64,000 bases of DNA from assembly GCA_964016885.1 (NCBI GenBank), contig OZ024740.1, positions 117,986,001 to 118,050,000 on the forward strand. The letters are read 5' to 3'. The notes below the pieces were generated by a model, which worked only from the letters and a program-made list of their open reading frames with translations, was not told where the DNA came from and did no database searches. The stretch is from Eledone cirrhosa. Lineage: Eukaryota. Positions 44,290 to 58,300 of the stretch are shown in pieces; position 1 is the stretch's first letter, and each line of letters opens with the position of its first letter. Position numbers and translations under genes: made by a program.

Positions 44290-47110
44290 ATCATCATCAT
44301 CATCATCATCATTATCATCATCAATTATCATCTGCTTTCCCACTAGCAAGGATTGGATGGATTTACATAGACCAGGTCGACCCAGATAGGCCGAGGAGGT
44401 CTTCATCCCATTTACGTACGCTCATCAACCGCATAAGACCCTCTGTCATGTATTCCGACACAAATCGAAGGACCCTCCCATCCCCTGTTTGGAAAGTTTT
44501 CTATAGCTGGATGCTCCTCCTAACACCAACTACTTCACATCAGGTACTAAGTGCTTTTATTGTGTTGATCACCAACACTAGAGGGGTTGTCGTGTCTTTC
44601 ACTCAGCTGAGAGTCCTCACAACCCTTTTAGGCATGGTTAATACAGGAAGGTGCCAACTAACCGAACGGAAGGTAGTGTGAGCATTTTCGTGGCATTACC
44701 ACTACAGAGGTTGTTTATCAAGAACCCAATTGTAGAGCCCTCTCAGCTCTGCGGAGTTGGCAATAGTTGAGGGAGATAGATATCAAGTTATAGCTTTGTG
44801 CCTAGCATATGGAATGTAGTGGGCAATATGTTAGGGTTGGGGTGAGATGGAGAGATAGGTAGGTGTAGCTGGTTAGTGTATGAGGGAGGGGATGTAGTTG
44901 TGTGCGGGATGTGTTCCATAGAGAGGGGATCGTGGTGGAAAGACAGGAAAGATGGAAAGAGGAGTAATTATTAAGGAGCGGTTTGGAGGTGGTACGGGCG
45001 CTGGGTGCAGTATTGCTGAGGATAGAAAGTGTTGAGTGCTAGTGGGAGGAAGAGGAAATGGCTCATGGATGGGTCAAGTCATATTGTATGCTTCTGGCTG
45101 GGTCTTCATCATCACAGATTAACGCCAGCATTCTCGATCCCTTGTCATCTCATTTATGCGTCTTAGTTTATAAGGTCGCTCTTCACTAGCTCATCCCATG
45201 TCGTTCTGGGTCTGCATTTTCCGTGAGATCAAGCCACTGAGATAGCTCTCCATTTCATTAAGTAGCTGCTATCTACCATACACATCATATGTCCATACCA
45301 GCGCAATCTTCTCTCTTGCACATTGCAGGCAAGTTTTCGTCTTATTTCTCCGTCTTTCATGCACACTAACATTACACATCCATCTGAACACACTCACTTC
45401 ATTTCTCCCCAACTTTCGCAGTTCTTCTGCGGTTAAAGCCCATGTTTCACTGACACGTAGCATTGCAGTTTGCACCCAGACATCATAGTCTACTCTTCAC
45501 TTTGAACGAGAAAGCCTATGTTGACAGTAGAAGTATTAGCACTCTGAACTTCTTCTAACTTGTTCTGATCTTAGCTGTCATAATTTCAGCGCATCATCCG
45601 CCACAGCTACTTTCATCGCCTAAGTAACAGTTATTGACAACTAATGAGCCTCCCTGGCAGCTGTAGGAATCTACTTCACATGAGTTCTTAGTGATTACAT
45701 CTCTTGTGCATCCATAGATTGCACTGTGTGCACCTTAAATAATTTCTTCGCACCCCATTCTTACATATAGAACAAGGCCATTTCCCTGGTCACATCACCA
45801 TCCTGTCCTATTTATTAGTACTTTCGTCTTTGCTTAGTTTAGTTTTAGGCTTTTAAAATCTAGGTTCTTCTATGTTTGCACTTTTGTTTACGGATTCTAA
45901 TATAAAGACTAGGTCATCATCATGCCAGTTTTAAACTCCTCAGTGACGGCCTGAAAAACAATGATAAATAGGAGTGGATGGAGGACTGAGCCCTGGTGGA
46001 CGCCCATCTGCACTTCTAATTAATCTTTGTACACGCTTCCATTCCTCACCCTGCTGGTTGCCCCTTTATACATAGCCTTCACGGCCCTCAAAACCATTCA
46101 TCTACATCTAGCTCCCTAAGTACCCAAAAAATTACAGACCGTGGCACCCTGCCAAAAACCTTCTCCATATCTACAAAAGTCAGATACAGTGCTTACTCTT
46201 AGCTCTGTTCGTTTCCTGCAGTTGTACCTTTCCTGTAGTATAAAGAGGGTATGAATAAAAATCCTGTCTGGCATAAATCCAAACTGCATCTCATGTAATT
46301 TAATTCTGTTCCTAATTAGTTGTACTATAACCCTCTTAACAATTTTCAACGTGTTACCTCTGTAGCTATTTCTATCCAGTGCATCTCCTTTGTCATTGTA
46401 GCAACTTACAATGATATTATTGTACCAGTCATTGGATATGGACTCTTCCTGTACTACTTGGTTAATTATGCGTCTGACTAGCGCATATCCTACCATGCCA
46501 GATGCTTTTGGCATCTCAACAACTTTGCTAGATGGACCAACTTTCCTACCTTCATGTCCTTGATTGCTATATATATAACACTGTTGTCAACATATATACC
46601 TGGTCCGTCAGTTGGATCTATATAGGGTAGGCCTTTGTTGTCCCATTTATTTTCTTCATTCAACAGTCTCTCATAGTAAGTGTTCCATGCTTCCTTCTTT
46701 TCAGCAGCAGACACTGCATTTCCTCCACTATCATATCGAACGCAATTTTCCCAAACCACATCACGACTTGCTCTAGTACATTGTCCCGCAATCCGAAACA
46801 CTTTATGCGTCTGATCTTCGCGAGGCAGAACATGAGCACATTTCTTCTTTTCTGCCTCTACTCTTGCTAGTTACACATAGTGCCTGGCTCCTGTTCTAAC
46901 AATTTGGTATTTCTCGCTGTCTCCCACTTTTCTCAAGTCTCTCCAGGTTTGTCTATTTGTTTTCATGGCTCTATTTACCTGATCATTCCACCACCACTTC
47001 ACCCTTTGTCATGCTGCAACCTTGCTCCAGTCACAGGCCTAATTTATGGCTTTCAGCAGATTGTCCCATAGGAAACCCCAGTTTTCCTCTTTGATCTCCT
47101 CTTCCTTTCT
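44290..47110 (-). mobile_element. Decayed RTE-clade LINE with (CAT)n tail
   Basis: KKEAWNTYYERLLN, DWYNNIIVSCYNDKGDALDRNSYRG, MQFGFMP, GVHQGSVL, SETWALTAEELRKL; many disablements. Confidence 0.88.
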
Positions 47111-47275
47111 AGCAATATTTATTAGAATACAGTTGAAGTGCGTATACATTCTTTGCGGACACCCTATATATATATAATATATATAAATTCCATTTCTATG
47201 AAGCCTTCTTTCGCCCTTGAAAATGTTTGCTGAACACACAAGCCAGAACGGCTTGGCGCAGCGGTCAGTATTTTA

Positions 47276-47318
<43 letters not shown>

Positions 47319-47486
47319 CTATATATATAAATATATATATATATATATAAATAACAGATTAAAGTTTAAGCAAAAATCGTCGCTTTCACCCTTAACAGAT
47401 TTTATATATATTTATATATATAATCTGTATCGAGCCCTCTCGGAGTTTAGTCTTCACATTTATTATTATTACTATTGTGTGTGTGT

Positions 47487-47626
<140 letters not shown>

Positions 47627-47634
47627 GGACGGCC

Positions 47635-47771
47635 GCATACTTTCTGTCTACCAAACTTCACTCATAAACCATTGTTCAGTAGAGGGCAACACTTGAGCAA
47701 AATGCCACACAGTGCTATTGAAACAAAAATTACGTGATTACGAACCGAACATCTCAACCACATAGCATGCC
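47635..47771 (-). mobile_element. Old tRNA-derived CORE-like SINE
   Basis: Minus strand ggcatgctatgtggttgagatg..gtttcaatagcactgtgtggcattttgctcaagtg: degenerate tRNA head plus cttgggcaagt-like core, then a (CA)n tail. Confidence 0.5.
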
Positions 47772-47993
47772 TATGTGCATAAGAAGAGTGCAATATTCAC
47801 AATATGTACGAAAATACATAACGCCAACAGTCTTTACATACCTTCAGTAGACAAAGTGAATAAATTGTTTATTGTATTTCTGGTTAAATAAATGGTATGT
47901 AATATTTCCTTAGATAAAATAAACGAGGTAGAATTAAGGGCACAATTGATTTCGCCGTTGAAATGCTGTCCATGAGCTGAGTTAACAATAATT

Positions 47994-48106
<113 letters not shown>

Positions 48107-48417
48107 TTGTGTGTATATATATATAGGAAACATACACTTACACGCACGCACTCAGTCACACACATATGTATATATAAGTATAAGCGCATGTGTATGCGTA
48201 GAAGCTTTTCACTTTAAGCTTTGTTGTTTATTGAGAAAACAGATCTGATACTCAGTGCAAGCCTTCTATTGTGTTATTTCTGTCATTTCTCCATGTGTGA
48301 TTCATAACACGAAGCATAAGAAATATGTCATAACATTTTTAAAACACAATCACAGATTTTGTGAAAGTGTATCTTCTAATCTAATTCTAAGGAAAAAGGT
48401 GTGTGTATATACATATA

Positions 48418-48495
<78 letters not shown>

Positions 48496-48677
48496 ATATA
48501 TATATATATATATTTGATGTATATATATATATTTAATATATATATATATATTTGACATATATATAAATATTTTATATATATATATATATACGCATATATA
48601 TATATATATATATACGGACACACGCAAATATATATATACATATATACTGATATTCATACATGCACACACACATGCAG

Positions 48678-48819
<142 letters not shown>

Positions 48820-49472
48820 TCAGATATACATACATAATCCAAAGTATATAAGAAATCTAAATATTCTTCCTATTATATGCTTTCCGCTTTCCTAAAAAGT
48901 TAAATACATTATCTAAAAATAAACAAAGGACAAAATGTAATAATATTTTTACAAAAATGATTGCTTAGTTTTCGTATTACAATTCAGATATGTTTACATC
49001 TCAATTTAAAATTAACAGAAACAATAAAAAAACGATTTAAATTGAATCCCCCGCCCCAACAAAAAAGAACAAGATTTTGCTAAAGTTAGAAGAATAAGAA
49101 AGGAAAATACATTTTTCAAAATTAATGAATAAAATCTGCCAGTGATACAGAAGTTCCCAGAGAATCTCAGAAATTGTCTTCATGTGTGCGATGCTTCCCT
49201 GTAGACACATTCATTTTAGTTTTGCTTGGTTCATTGAAAGAAAGAGTAGAATCTTTAACTGTTTTCAAACTGAAGCAGTAGATTTGAAAATGAAAAATAA
49301 AAATAAAATAAAATAAAATTCTTTGAGAAATAATAAAAGAATTTATTTCACTATTTGTATATATATATATATAACATAAATATGCATATATATATTGTGT
49401 ATGCATGTGGTTATTCTTTTAAATTTCCAGTTGAGTTTTTATACACGTGGTGTAATCATACACACCCGTGAA

Positions 49473-49540
<68 letters not shown>

Positions 49541-49570
49541 AAAGAATAGAGGTGTAACACACAAGTTATT

Positions 49571-50075
49571 ATATATTGGTAAACGGAATAGAAAATGCTG
49601 ACAAATTGTTCACAGTTGAAAAATGGTTTAATTAGGAATACAAGAGTATTAGTGATTGTATGGGTTAGTATTCAGTTGTGGTTTTAAGTTTTTAAGTTTT
49701 TACCGGTTGCGCATTTCTAAATGCTTTTCGAAAATAATTTTGAGATAGAGTGTCCGTGCTGTTTGCTCTGATCTGATTAGTTTTGGGAATTCTACCTGTT
49801 TTTATGTTAAAAAAGTGGCTCCAGCGTTATTTTTGTGTTGCAAAAATGCTTGTGGTCAAAACAATTTTGATTGGTTGGTAGAGGTCATGTGAATGTAAAA
49901 AGTTGATTTTGCGCCAAGACTGTTTTTATGTTAAAAAAGTGGCTCCAGCAAAAATTCTTGGTCAAAACAATTTTGATTGGTCGGTAGAGGTCATGTGGAT
50001 AAAAAATTGGTTTTGCGCCAACATTGAGAAATGACTCTTTCACAACAAATATGTGTGTGTGTGTGTGTGTATGTG

Positions 50076-50110
<35 letters not shown>

Positions 50111-50181
50111 AGTAGTAGTAGTAAGGTGTTCGATGCTGCGACAATGGCCAGCAGCGATGTGTGTCAAATGGCTACTAAGAT

Positions 50182-50256
<75 letters not shown>

Positions 50257-50490
50257 GCAGAGTAATTCGATGGTCAGTAAGAATGTGTCTGAAAGCAATG
50301 GGTATTTTAGCATGTCAAAAGATATCTCAAAATTATTTTTGAAAAGCATTTAGAAATGCGCAACCGGTAAAAACTTAAAAACTTAAAACCACAACTGAAT
50401 ACTAACCCATACAATCACTAATACTCTTTTATTCCTAATTAAACCATTTTTCAACTGTGAACAATTTGTCAGCATTTTCTATTCCGTTTA

Positions 50491-50499
<9 letters not shown>
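49571..50499. mobile_element. Non-coding element with ~177-bp inverted termini carrying degenerate HHR folds, inserted in (TA)n
   Basis: 49571-49747 is the reverse complement of 50323-50499; internal ~120 bp tandem duplication at 49797-50020. Confidence 0.78.
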
Positions 50500-50542
<43 letters not shown>

Positions 50543-50547
<5 letters not shown>

Positions 50548-50761
50548 GGGTGTGTATAATTGTGTATAGAAGTTTATATTAATAAAAGGAATTCCAACTT
50601 TGACTGATTTACTCGTTTTATTTACAATCCTTTAAAATTATAATGGTATTAGAATGAAATAGTATGGTACAATATTAAATGTTACGTGTTAATTGAACAA
50701 GTACTTTCATGCTTTCGCAATCTTCAGGTTCATATTCTGTGGTGACAGTCAAGTTTGCAAT
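50543..50761 (-). mobile_element. Solo pLTR fragment of the 39143-41489 PLE family
   Basis: Aligns with 39143-39361 and shares the same terminus acacgggtgtgta. Confidence 0.85.
50694..50732 (-). ncRNA. 39-nt minimal type I hammerhead ribozyme
   Basis: tgaac-CTGAAGA-t-tgc-gaaa-gca-t-GAAA-gtac-TT-gttca; GNRA-capped stem II, palindromic stem III. Confidence 0.8.
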
Positions 50762-51184
50762 ATATATCGATAATTACGTTCTCAATATATGAAATTTGAA
50801 ATGTAGTAGTCCCAATATAAATAATTATGATAATAGTCGGTCAGTATATATAAATGTTAACACATGTATAATGATAGCCGAATGTTAAAGTGACTTACGT
50901 TGCCCCGCCTATATTTAATATTTCAAATTTTCCTAATGTTACTGAAGTCAGTCGGACGTTCAAATATCTGTACATATATACTGTATTTGAATATATACAT
51001 ATATGTGTGTGTCTTTGTGGGTACGTGTGTGTATGTGCAAATATATATATATATATATATATACGATACATAAACAGAGAAAGCCTTAAGCGATACTCCG
51101 ACCAACTCCATCTCACTCAACAAACATTAGGATATACTTAAGTATTATCCCAATTTAGTGTTTGGGGTGCTAACTAATTAGTTA

Positions 51185-51242
<58 letters not shown>

Positions 51243-51244
<2 letters not shown>

Positions 51245-51753
51245 ATTTTAATTTATTTAAAAGATTGTTTAATGTTTACTTGTTCCGCTCATATTTTCAG
51301 TTCTGATATCTCAAATTAGTACCATAGAAGAACCACTATTATAGACACCATTTATATTTCCGTGGGTACCTAATACCTACTGGAATATCTATATCATTTA
51401 TCTGTATTCTCCTTAAATGTTGAGGAAAAAATGTTGCATCCTTTCTTCTATTTCTAGTAACATGAAATATCAACGAGTCTATAGTTCCCGTTTTTCTTAC
51501 GGTCTATTTGTGTGTGGGTCATTTTAATGGCTTGATTCATTCACCGGGCAGAAAGCGATACATCTACTTACTTGAATTTATATCTAGTAAGTTTGGAAAA
51601 GCTATCTGAAGAGCTATATCTTTCCATTGGAAATTCTCTGAATTTCCAATCTTTTGATAAGCGAAACCGTCGGTCATGGCAATAGAAGAGGTAAATATTT
51701 AAATCGTATTTTAATTTATTAAAAAGATTGTTTAATGTTTACTTGTTCCGCTC

Positions 51754-51757
<4 letters not shown>
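51243..51757 (+). mobile_element. Non-coding 463-bp monomer plus 52-bp terminal redundancy, with HHR (retrozyme/solo pLTR-like)
   Basis: 51243-51294 repeats at 51706-51757 with 1 mismatch; flanked by TG/TA tracts. Confidence 0.78.
51601..51680 (+). ncRNA. Type I hammerhead ribozyme with extended stem II
   Basis: gctat-CTGAAGA-gct..attggaaatt-ctctg-aatttccaat..agc-GAAA-ccgtcgg-TC-atggc; GUC triplet. Confidence 0.85.
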
Positions 51758-51814
<57 letters not shown>

Positions 51815-51902
51815 GAGATTATATTTAATTTGTTGGGATTCAACAAGCTTAAACATTTTTATAACTGATATAAAGCACAAAAGAGATTATTGGAGTAAAT
51901 AC

Positions 51903-52137
51903 ACAATATATTAATAAATGGAAACTATATTTATAAAACCATATTTATTTTATTATATATATTTCAAGGGCAACCAAAGCAAATGATGGTGCGCTTTCAT
52001 CAGATAAATGTTGGTAATGTTAGAGAGGTTGTTATTTGATGAAAGCACTCCATAATTTGCTTTGGTTGCCCCTGAAATATATATAATGAAATAAATATGG
52101 TTTTATAAATATAGTTTCCATTTATTAATATATTGTA
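51903..52137. repeat. ~105-bp inverted repeat formed by two divergent HHR-containing pLTR fragments
   Basis: Minus-strand HHR 51949-52008 (tttat-CTGATGA..GAAA-tatata-TA-ataaa) and plus-strand HHR 52032-52089 (TTGATGA core). Confidence 0.8.
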
Positions 52138-52139
52138 TT

Positions 52140-54480
52140 AACGCTCACACGATGATGTGGACTGACATCCTAAAGCCAAGCAGACGCACTGCCAACAACT
52201 TCCAGGCGTCTAACAATGGCATACCACCCTTGTATGGGCTCCGCAAAGACCACAAGACAGTCGACGACCCGACAACAGGACCACCAACAAGACCCGTATG
52301 CGGAGCTAATATAGCTAGCAACTACAGGATCTCCTACTTCCTCTAAATGGTTATACGCCCCATAATCAAGATGCCCCAGATGTATGTGAAAGTACAGAGG
52401 ACCTCCTCAGCAGAATCAGTGAGTGCAACAAAAACAGGAGCCTATCCAACTGCATAATAGGCAGCATGGATGTGGTGTCACTGTACCCATCCATTAACAT
52501 TGATTTTGCTGTGAAAAGATGTGTGGAGATGATCATTGAGAGTGAGGTGGAGTTCTGCGACGTCGACACAGACGAACTGGGCCTCCTACTTAGACTTACC
52601 TACGACACTGACTACCTAGACAGCCATGACCTTAGATGTTTCTGCCCTAGTAGACCTATAAAAGGTAGACCCCCACACCATAACCTCAATGGCTAAAAAG
52701 ACTCCCATAGGAAGGTGGATTGGGTGGACCAAAGCTATACGGACCCCCCAAAACACTGATCAGGTAAGAAAAATGGTCGCACTTGCAATAGGGGCTAGTA
52801 TCAAAACTACCCTAAAGGGCCACATATTTAAGTTCAATGAGAAAATCTACACCCAAAATGAGGGCGCAGCCATCGGCGTCAGCATAGCTGGTGATGTTGC
52901 CAACCTTTTCATGGTATGGTGGGAGAGGAGACTTAAAGATCTCCTTAGTGAAAGCTCCATAGACCTCATCATGTACTCTCGTTATGTAGACGATATCAAT
53001 ATAGTTATAAGAACACCCCCACTAGAGAGCACTAACAAGTTTGATTTAGAACGTAGCACGATGGAAAGCATCCAGCAGATAGCTAATTCCATACACCAGA
53101 GTATAACTGTAACTATCGACTTCCCTTCCAAACACCCTAACAATAGACTACCTGTATTAGACACAGAACTCTGGATTAACACTATAGACGAGAGAGCCCA
53201 AATTCTCCACTCACACTATGCTAAACCCATGGCCTCCAAATACCTGATACTCAAAAACTCAGCAATGTCCAGTAGTGCTTAGTTTAATATTCTGATCGCA
53301 GATTTGGTACGAGTGATGAAGAATGTGTCCAGCATGTGCGACCCAACAGAAATGGAAAGACACATCCAACACTTCATCAACCGCATGCAGTTCTCTGGCT
53401 ACAACCAAAGAGACAGAGTCAGAGTATACGAAGGAGCCATGGAAAAGTATAAGACCCTCATAGAACTGGACATGAAAGGTTTTTGCCCACTATACAGGAG
53501 CAAATCATGGAATATCTTAGATAGGGCTAGACATAAGATAGGGAAAGCCACCTCATGGTACGACAACCAGAGATATCAGAGTGTCATGTTTGTGGACGCC
53601 ACCCCTGAAGGGAAATTAGCTAACCAGTGTAGAAAGGCCCTGAGAAAGACCCACTTAAAAATAAAGGTGGTAGAAAAGCCAGGAACCACCATAAAATCCC
53701 TGATCAGCAAAACCTACCCTTTTAAGAAAACCCACTGTACCAATAGGAAATGTATCATATGTAAGGTGAAACCCCGGATAAACTGTAAAACTAGAAACGT
53801 AGTCTATAGCATAAGATGTACAGAGGGTACTTGCAGAAACATGACAACAACATACATAGGTGAGACAGCTCGTAGCATAGGTGAAAGGATAGACCAACAC
53901 TGGGGGGAACTAAAAGGACGAAAAAACGGGTCAGTACTATACGAACATGCTAGACAACAACATGACGGAAACATAGACAACATAGAAATTAGAAAAATAT
54001 CTAAACATAGGAATGACCCAGCAGATAGGCAAATCAGAGAGGCCAGTGAAATAGAAATTAGAAGACCAAAGCTAAACAGAAAGAATGAGTGGACCAACAA
54101 CAACACCCAAACAAACAACACTGACCTAAGAGAAGTATAAATAAGTAAATAAAATTAAATAAAATAAGATAAATAAATACATACACAAGCACAATAACAA
54201 CAAGCACATAAACACACACTAGTCACCCAGCAGACACAACACTATACACACTAGTCACACAGCACACATAACACTATACACACACGCAAACGCATGCGCA
54301 AAGAAGACAAAATAAAATGAGATAAACAAACAAGCAAATAAATAAATAAATATATAGACAGGCTGAATAAAAAATGGCCTAGACATACAACACAACAGGA
54401 GGAACAAAGAATATAACACCACTGACGATGTTGCAGATGTGCAACGAAAGATTTATGTAAATTATGTAAACTATATATAT
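52140..54480 (+). mobile_element. 5'-truncated Penelope-like element (RT plus GIY-YIG) with stops and frameshifts
   Basis: PPLYGLRKDHK, TRPVC, SMDVVSLYPSI, QNEGAAIG, RYVDD, LPVLD, HCTNRKCIIC, VVYSIRC..YIGETAR. ORF ends at 54140. Degenerate HHR (CTGACGA-t-gttgca-gatg-tgcaac-GAAA) at 54422-54449. Confidence 0.92.
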
Positions 54481-54663
54481 GTGTTTGTGTCTATACTGTA
54501 TCTGTATTATTTTTGACCGTCGGTCAGTCAATGGCAACATTGAGGACCGAGTAAGTTAGATCGCAGATATAAAAGACAGCAAGAAGCGAAAACCAACCAA
54601 ACAGTGAGTGTGTTCTGTTATTAATTCTGGCAATATTACGCAAATATGACCCTCCCCAAGTAT

Positions 54664-54764
<101 letters not shown>

Positions 54765-55172
54765 GAGGCGGGAGAGAAACTGAGATAAAGATAAGGGGAG
54801 TGGAAGTGGGAGTGGAGCGGGTACAATATGTATAACGTATTTGTAATAGAATCATATTTTATAGTATATTCTACTCAAAATTACAATTTATATTTATTCT
54901 GTTTAAACAAAATGTTATAAGTATCATTCAAAATTTTACAGTATACCTTTGAAAAAAAAACAAAAAAAAAACAAGGATTCCATTTGATTATTCATTAACC
55001 AGTCTTGAAGAATGTTATTGTTTCGAGAACATATTTAAGAAGATTGGTTTTCAAATGTTGCCTGCATTTTATCAACCTCCATTATGAATTGTGTGAATGT
55101 GCAAGAAGATTCGAAGACCGCATTACATTCATATTTATATATTTATCTATATTGAGAAATGGAGAGAGAGAG

Positions 55173-55222
<50 letters not shown>

Positions 55223-55327
55223 GCCGTCGAAACGGCTTGAGCTCTGCCGTCGGGGTCATACTTTTTTCTATATATATATATATATATATATTTCTAGAGG
55301 GAGAGAGAAAATAGATAAGTAGATAGA

Positions 55328-58300
55328 TTTCTTTATTTGCCACAAGGGCGCACGAGAAAAGGGGACAATATAAAGATATGCCGGGGATTTTACATATAGT
55401 CGTGTAAAAAATATAAAACAAACAATTATAACAATCAAAATCCCCAATAGGGGGGGGGGAGTGCCACAAATGGGTTGTTTAATACCCCGTCGATAGAACA
55501 ACCCTCAACTTCAGAGCGTGTTGTGCAAGTGCTCCTTTCTTCCTTTTGCTCTCTTCTTTAACCTACAGGCTTATAAACAGAGAAGGCCCAAGCACTCGAG
55601 CCATTTTTGCCACATTCACCCAACTTTCAGTAAATTCACTGGGATGCAGTGCCTCTCTCTCCACTCTGATTCTCCTTCTAAAGTGATACTTAAAGAAGGG
55701 AATCAATTGTTGTCCGGAGAGAAAGGCATCTGTCCTCAGTCCTTTCAATCTCGTCCACCATATAACCTCTTTCACCATAGCCACTGTAGAGAGGAAAACC
55801 GCCTCTCTTTCGTTTTTGAAAGAGACTGGCGGTTTGATCCTTACTATGGACTAGGCAGTCAACTGGATTTGTCCCATACGAGACAGCAGTTGTTCTGCAT
55901 AGTTCCACAGTTCGGTTACGCCCGGGCAGTGTACAATTGCGTGCAGGACGGTTTCAATGTCCTGCGCGCATCTTGGACACGTCCTCATGGAAGGATCCCT
56001 GCCGGGGCGTCTGTGCCTGTAGATCTTGTCACGAACTGGTAGAGCTCCTCGGTAGCACTAACCAGGCCAGGGATCACTGGAAGTTGTCCATAGGTCCCGG
56101 GCGGAAAGTCCTACCAAACAGATTGGTGAGCTCATCGTCTTCGACGCCCAGAGTCTCTCCGAGCACGTCGTCGCCCTTGTAGCGTACACTCTCTGTATAG
56201 AATATCGAAGTGGAGTCTCCACTGATAGCTGTGCCCGTTTGCCAGAGGACTGTGAGCGCCTGAGGGCATTTAATGTGCCAGGCGCTCATCGTTTTCGGTC
56301 TTTTCTTGACCCAGGACTGCAACGCCGTCAGCGAGACGAGCTGCGGGAAAGCCTGTCTCACAAACGGTGCCCACACCGGTTGGGGGTCGTTTAGGAATAC
56401 TTTGGCCGTGACCTCGTTCCGGTTTTTCTCCACCTGGAGGTCTGGACCGAACCAGACCCCGAGCAATTTCACTGGTCCGTTCGTCCAGCGTCTAACGACG
56501 CTGTCGGACGTCATTGGTTTGTCTTTCCACGTACCGAGTTGCAAATGGACAGACTTGTCCGGGTTTAGTTTTACTCCCGTCATCGTTTCGATTCTTTCAG
56601 TAAGTTGCCGATCACCCCGATTTCCGAGATGCTCGATACCATTACCTCAATGTCATCAGCATAAGCTGACGCCGCTTTGCGCAGTCCCGGTGCTAGAGGG
56701 ATGCTTTGCAAGACCTCCAATTTGCGCAGTAGTGTCTCTAGAGTTAATACATACAGAATGGAGGAGAGAGGGCATCCCTGTCGGATGGAACGCGTGATTG
56801 CGAACGGCTCCGATAGGTAGCCGATCACATTGACCCTCGAGCAGATGCTGGTGTGCATCGCCTCGATCCAGCCTCTGAAACGGGACCGAAACCGGCCGCC
56901 TTGAGAACCGCTTCCAAGTATCGATGGTCGACCCTATCGAATGCCTTTGACTGATCCAAATTGATCAGAGCCCCACCGAAGCTGGGTTTACTACCCACCC
57001 TCTCTATGATGTATTGCATGAGGGGGACGTTGTCGTGTATGGACCTGGTGGGGATTGCACACGTTTGTGCTTTCCCTACCAGGTTCTCGACGACAAGCGC
57101 CAACCTCGTCGCTAGCACCTTGGCCAAAATCTTTAACTCTGTGTTGAGCAGAGTTATGGGCCTGATGTCGTTAATTTCGTCCCCCTTGTTCTCGTCTTTC
57201 CTTATCAGCGTTACTACGCCCTTGCCTGCAGAACTGGGAATTCTCCTGTTCTGCTGCCAAATGCAGTAGACGGCTTCGAGGATGCCAGAGAACAAGTCCG
57301 GCATGCCTGTGTAAAACTCATAGGGTAGACCATCTAGACCGGGTGATTTGCGTTTCCCGCAGCGGCCCAGAGCGTCCCGTATCTCAGTGTCCGTGATCGG
57401 GCTTTCGCAGAACTCGTCGTCCGTGTTCGAGAGACGCGGCAGGCCGTCGAGGTATGAACTAAAGTCCATTGCCCCTTTCGGCTCACCGTCGTTCTGCTAA
57501 AACTGCCGCGCAAAGTGTTGCTGAAACTCCGCGCACATTTGCTTGTGGTCAAGTAGCACGCGTCCGTTTTGGTCTTTCAAAGACTGAATCGTGAACTTGT
57601 TGCCAGTTTTTGCCTCTGCCACTCGGGCCCAGCTGACAGCTTTCGCTCCTTCGTTTCCAAGAGCACGTGTTTTTCTTTCGACCACGCAGCATTCGTGTTT
57701 CGCGTCGAAGAACTGGTCCAGTGCTGTTATCGACGCTAACACTCTAGCCGCGTTGCCACTTCTAAGTGCCTCCTATACCTTGGCTACTAGTTAACTTTCT
57801 ATTTTGTTTTTCTCTAAGGCTAACTCTCTGCTAAACCCTATCGATTCTACTCTAATTGCTTTCTTGAGAGAGGACCACCATCTATTGTTGACGATGGCTC
57901 CCGTTAACTGATGCTTGACTAGTCTACTTATCCATTCACTGTAAGCTTTACGTGCCGGCAACGACACGTTCAGCTTCCAGTATCCGGGTCCCTGTCTATG
58001 TGTTCTATCACGGTTGACTATGCGGACGACTAATTTGTGATCTGAATAGGCAACCATGTGCATTCGTAGACAGCTTAACATCTCCTTGTCCCTTTTTCTA
58101 ATGAAGAACCTATCTATATACGATCTAGATGTCCCGCTGCGGTTTGCCCACGTCCACTGTGGTGCAGTCGGGAAATCCAGTCGATACTTATCGGACAGTT
58201 GGAATTGGCCGATTAAAGTTTTGAGGCTGTTGCACCCCTCTACCGGGATATGCTCCCACATAGTCCTATCGTGCATCTAGGATACCATTCCAGTCCCCCA

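Noticed and set aside
47128-47172. Tc1/mariner-like TIR fragment (also weak candidates near 13262-13440 and 19096-19330)
   Set aside because: No convincing partner TIR or transposase was found, so it is not listed as a feature.
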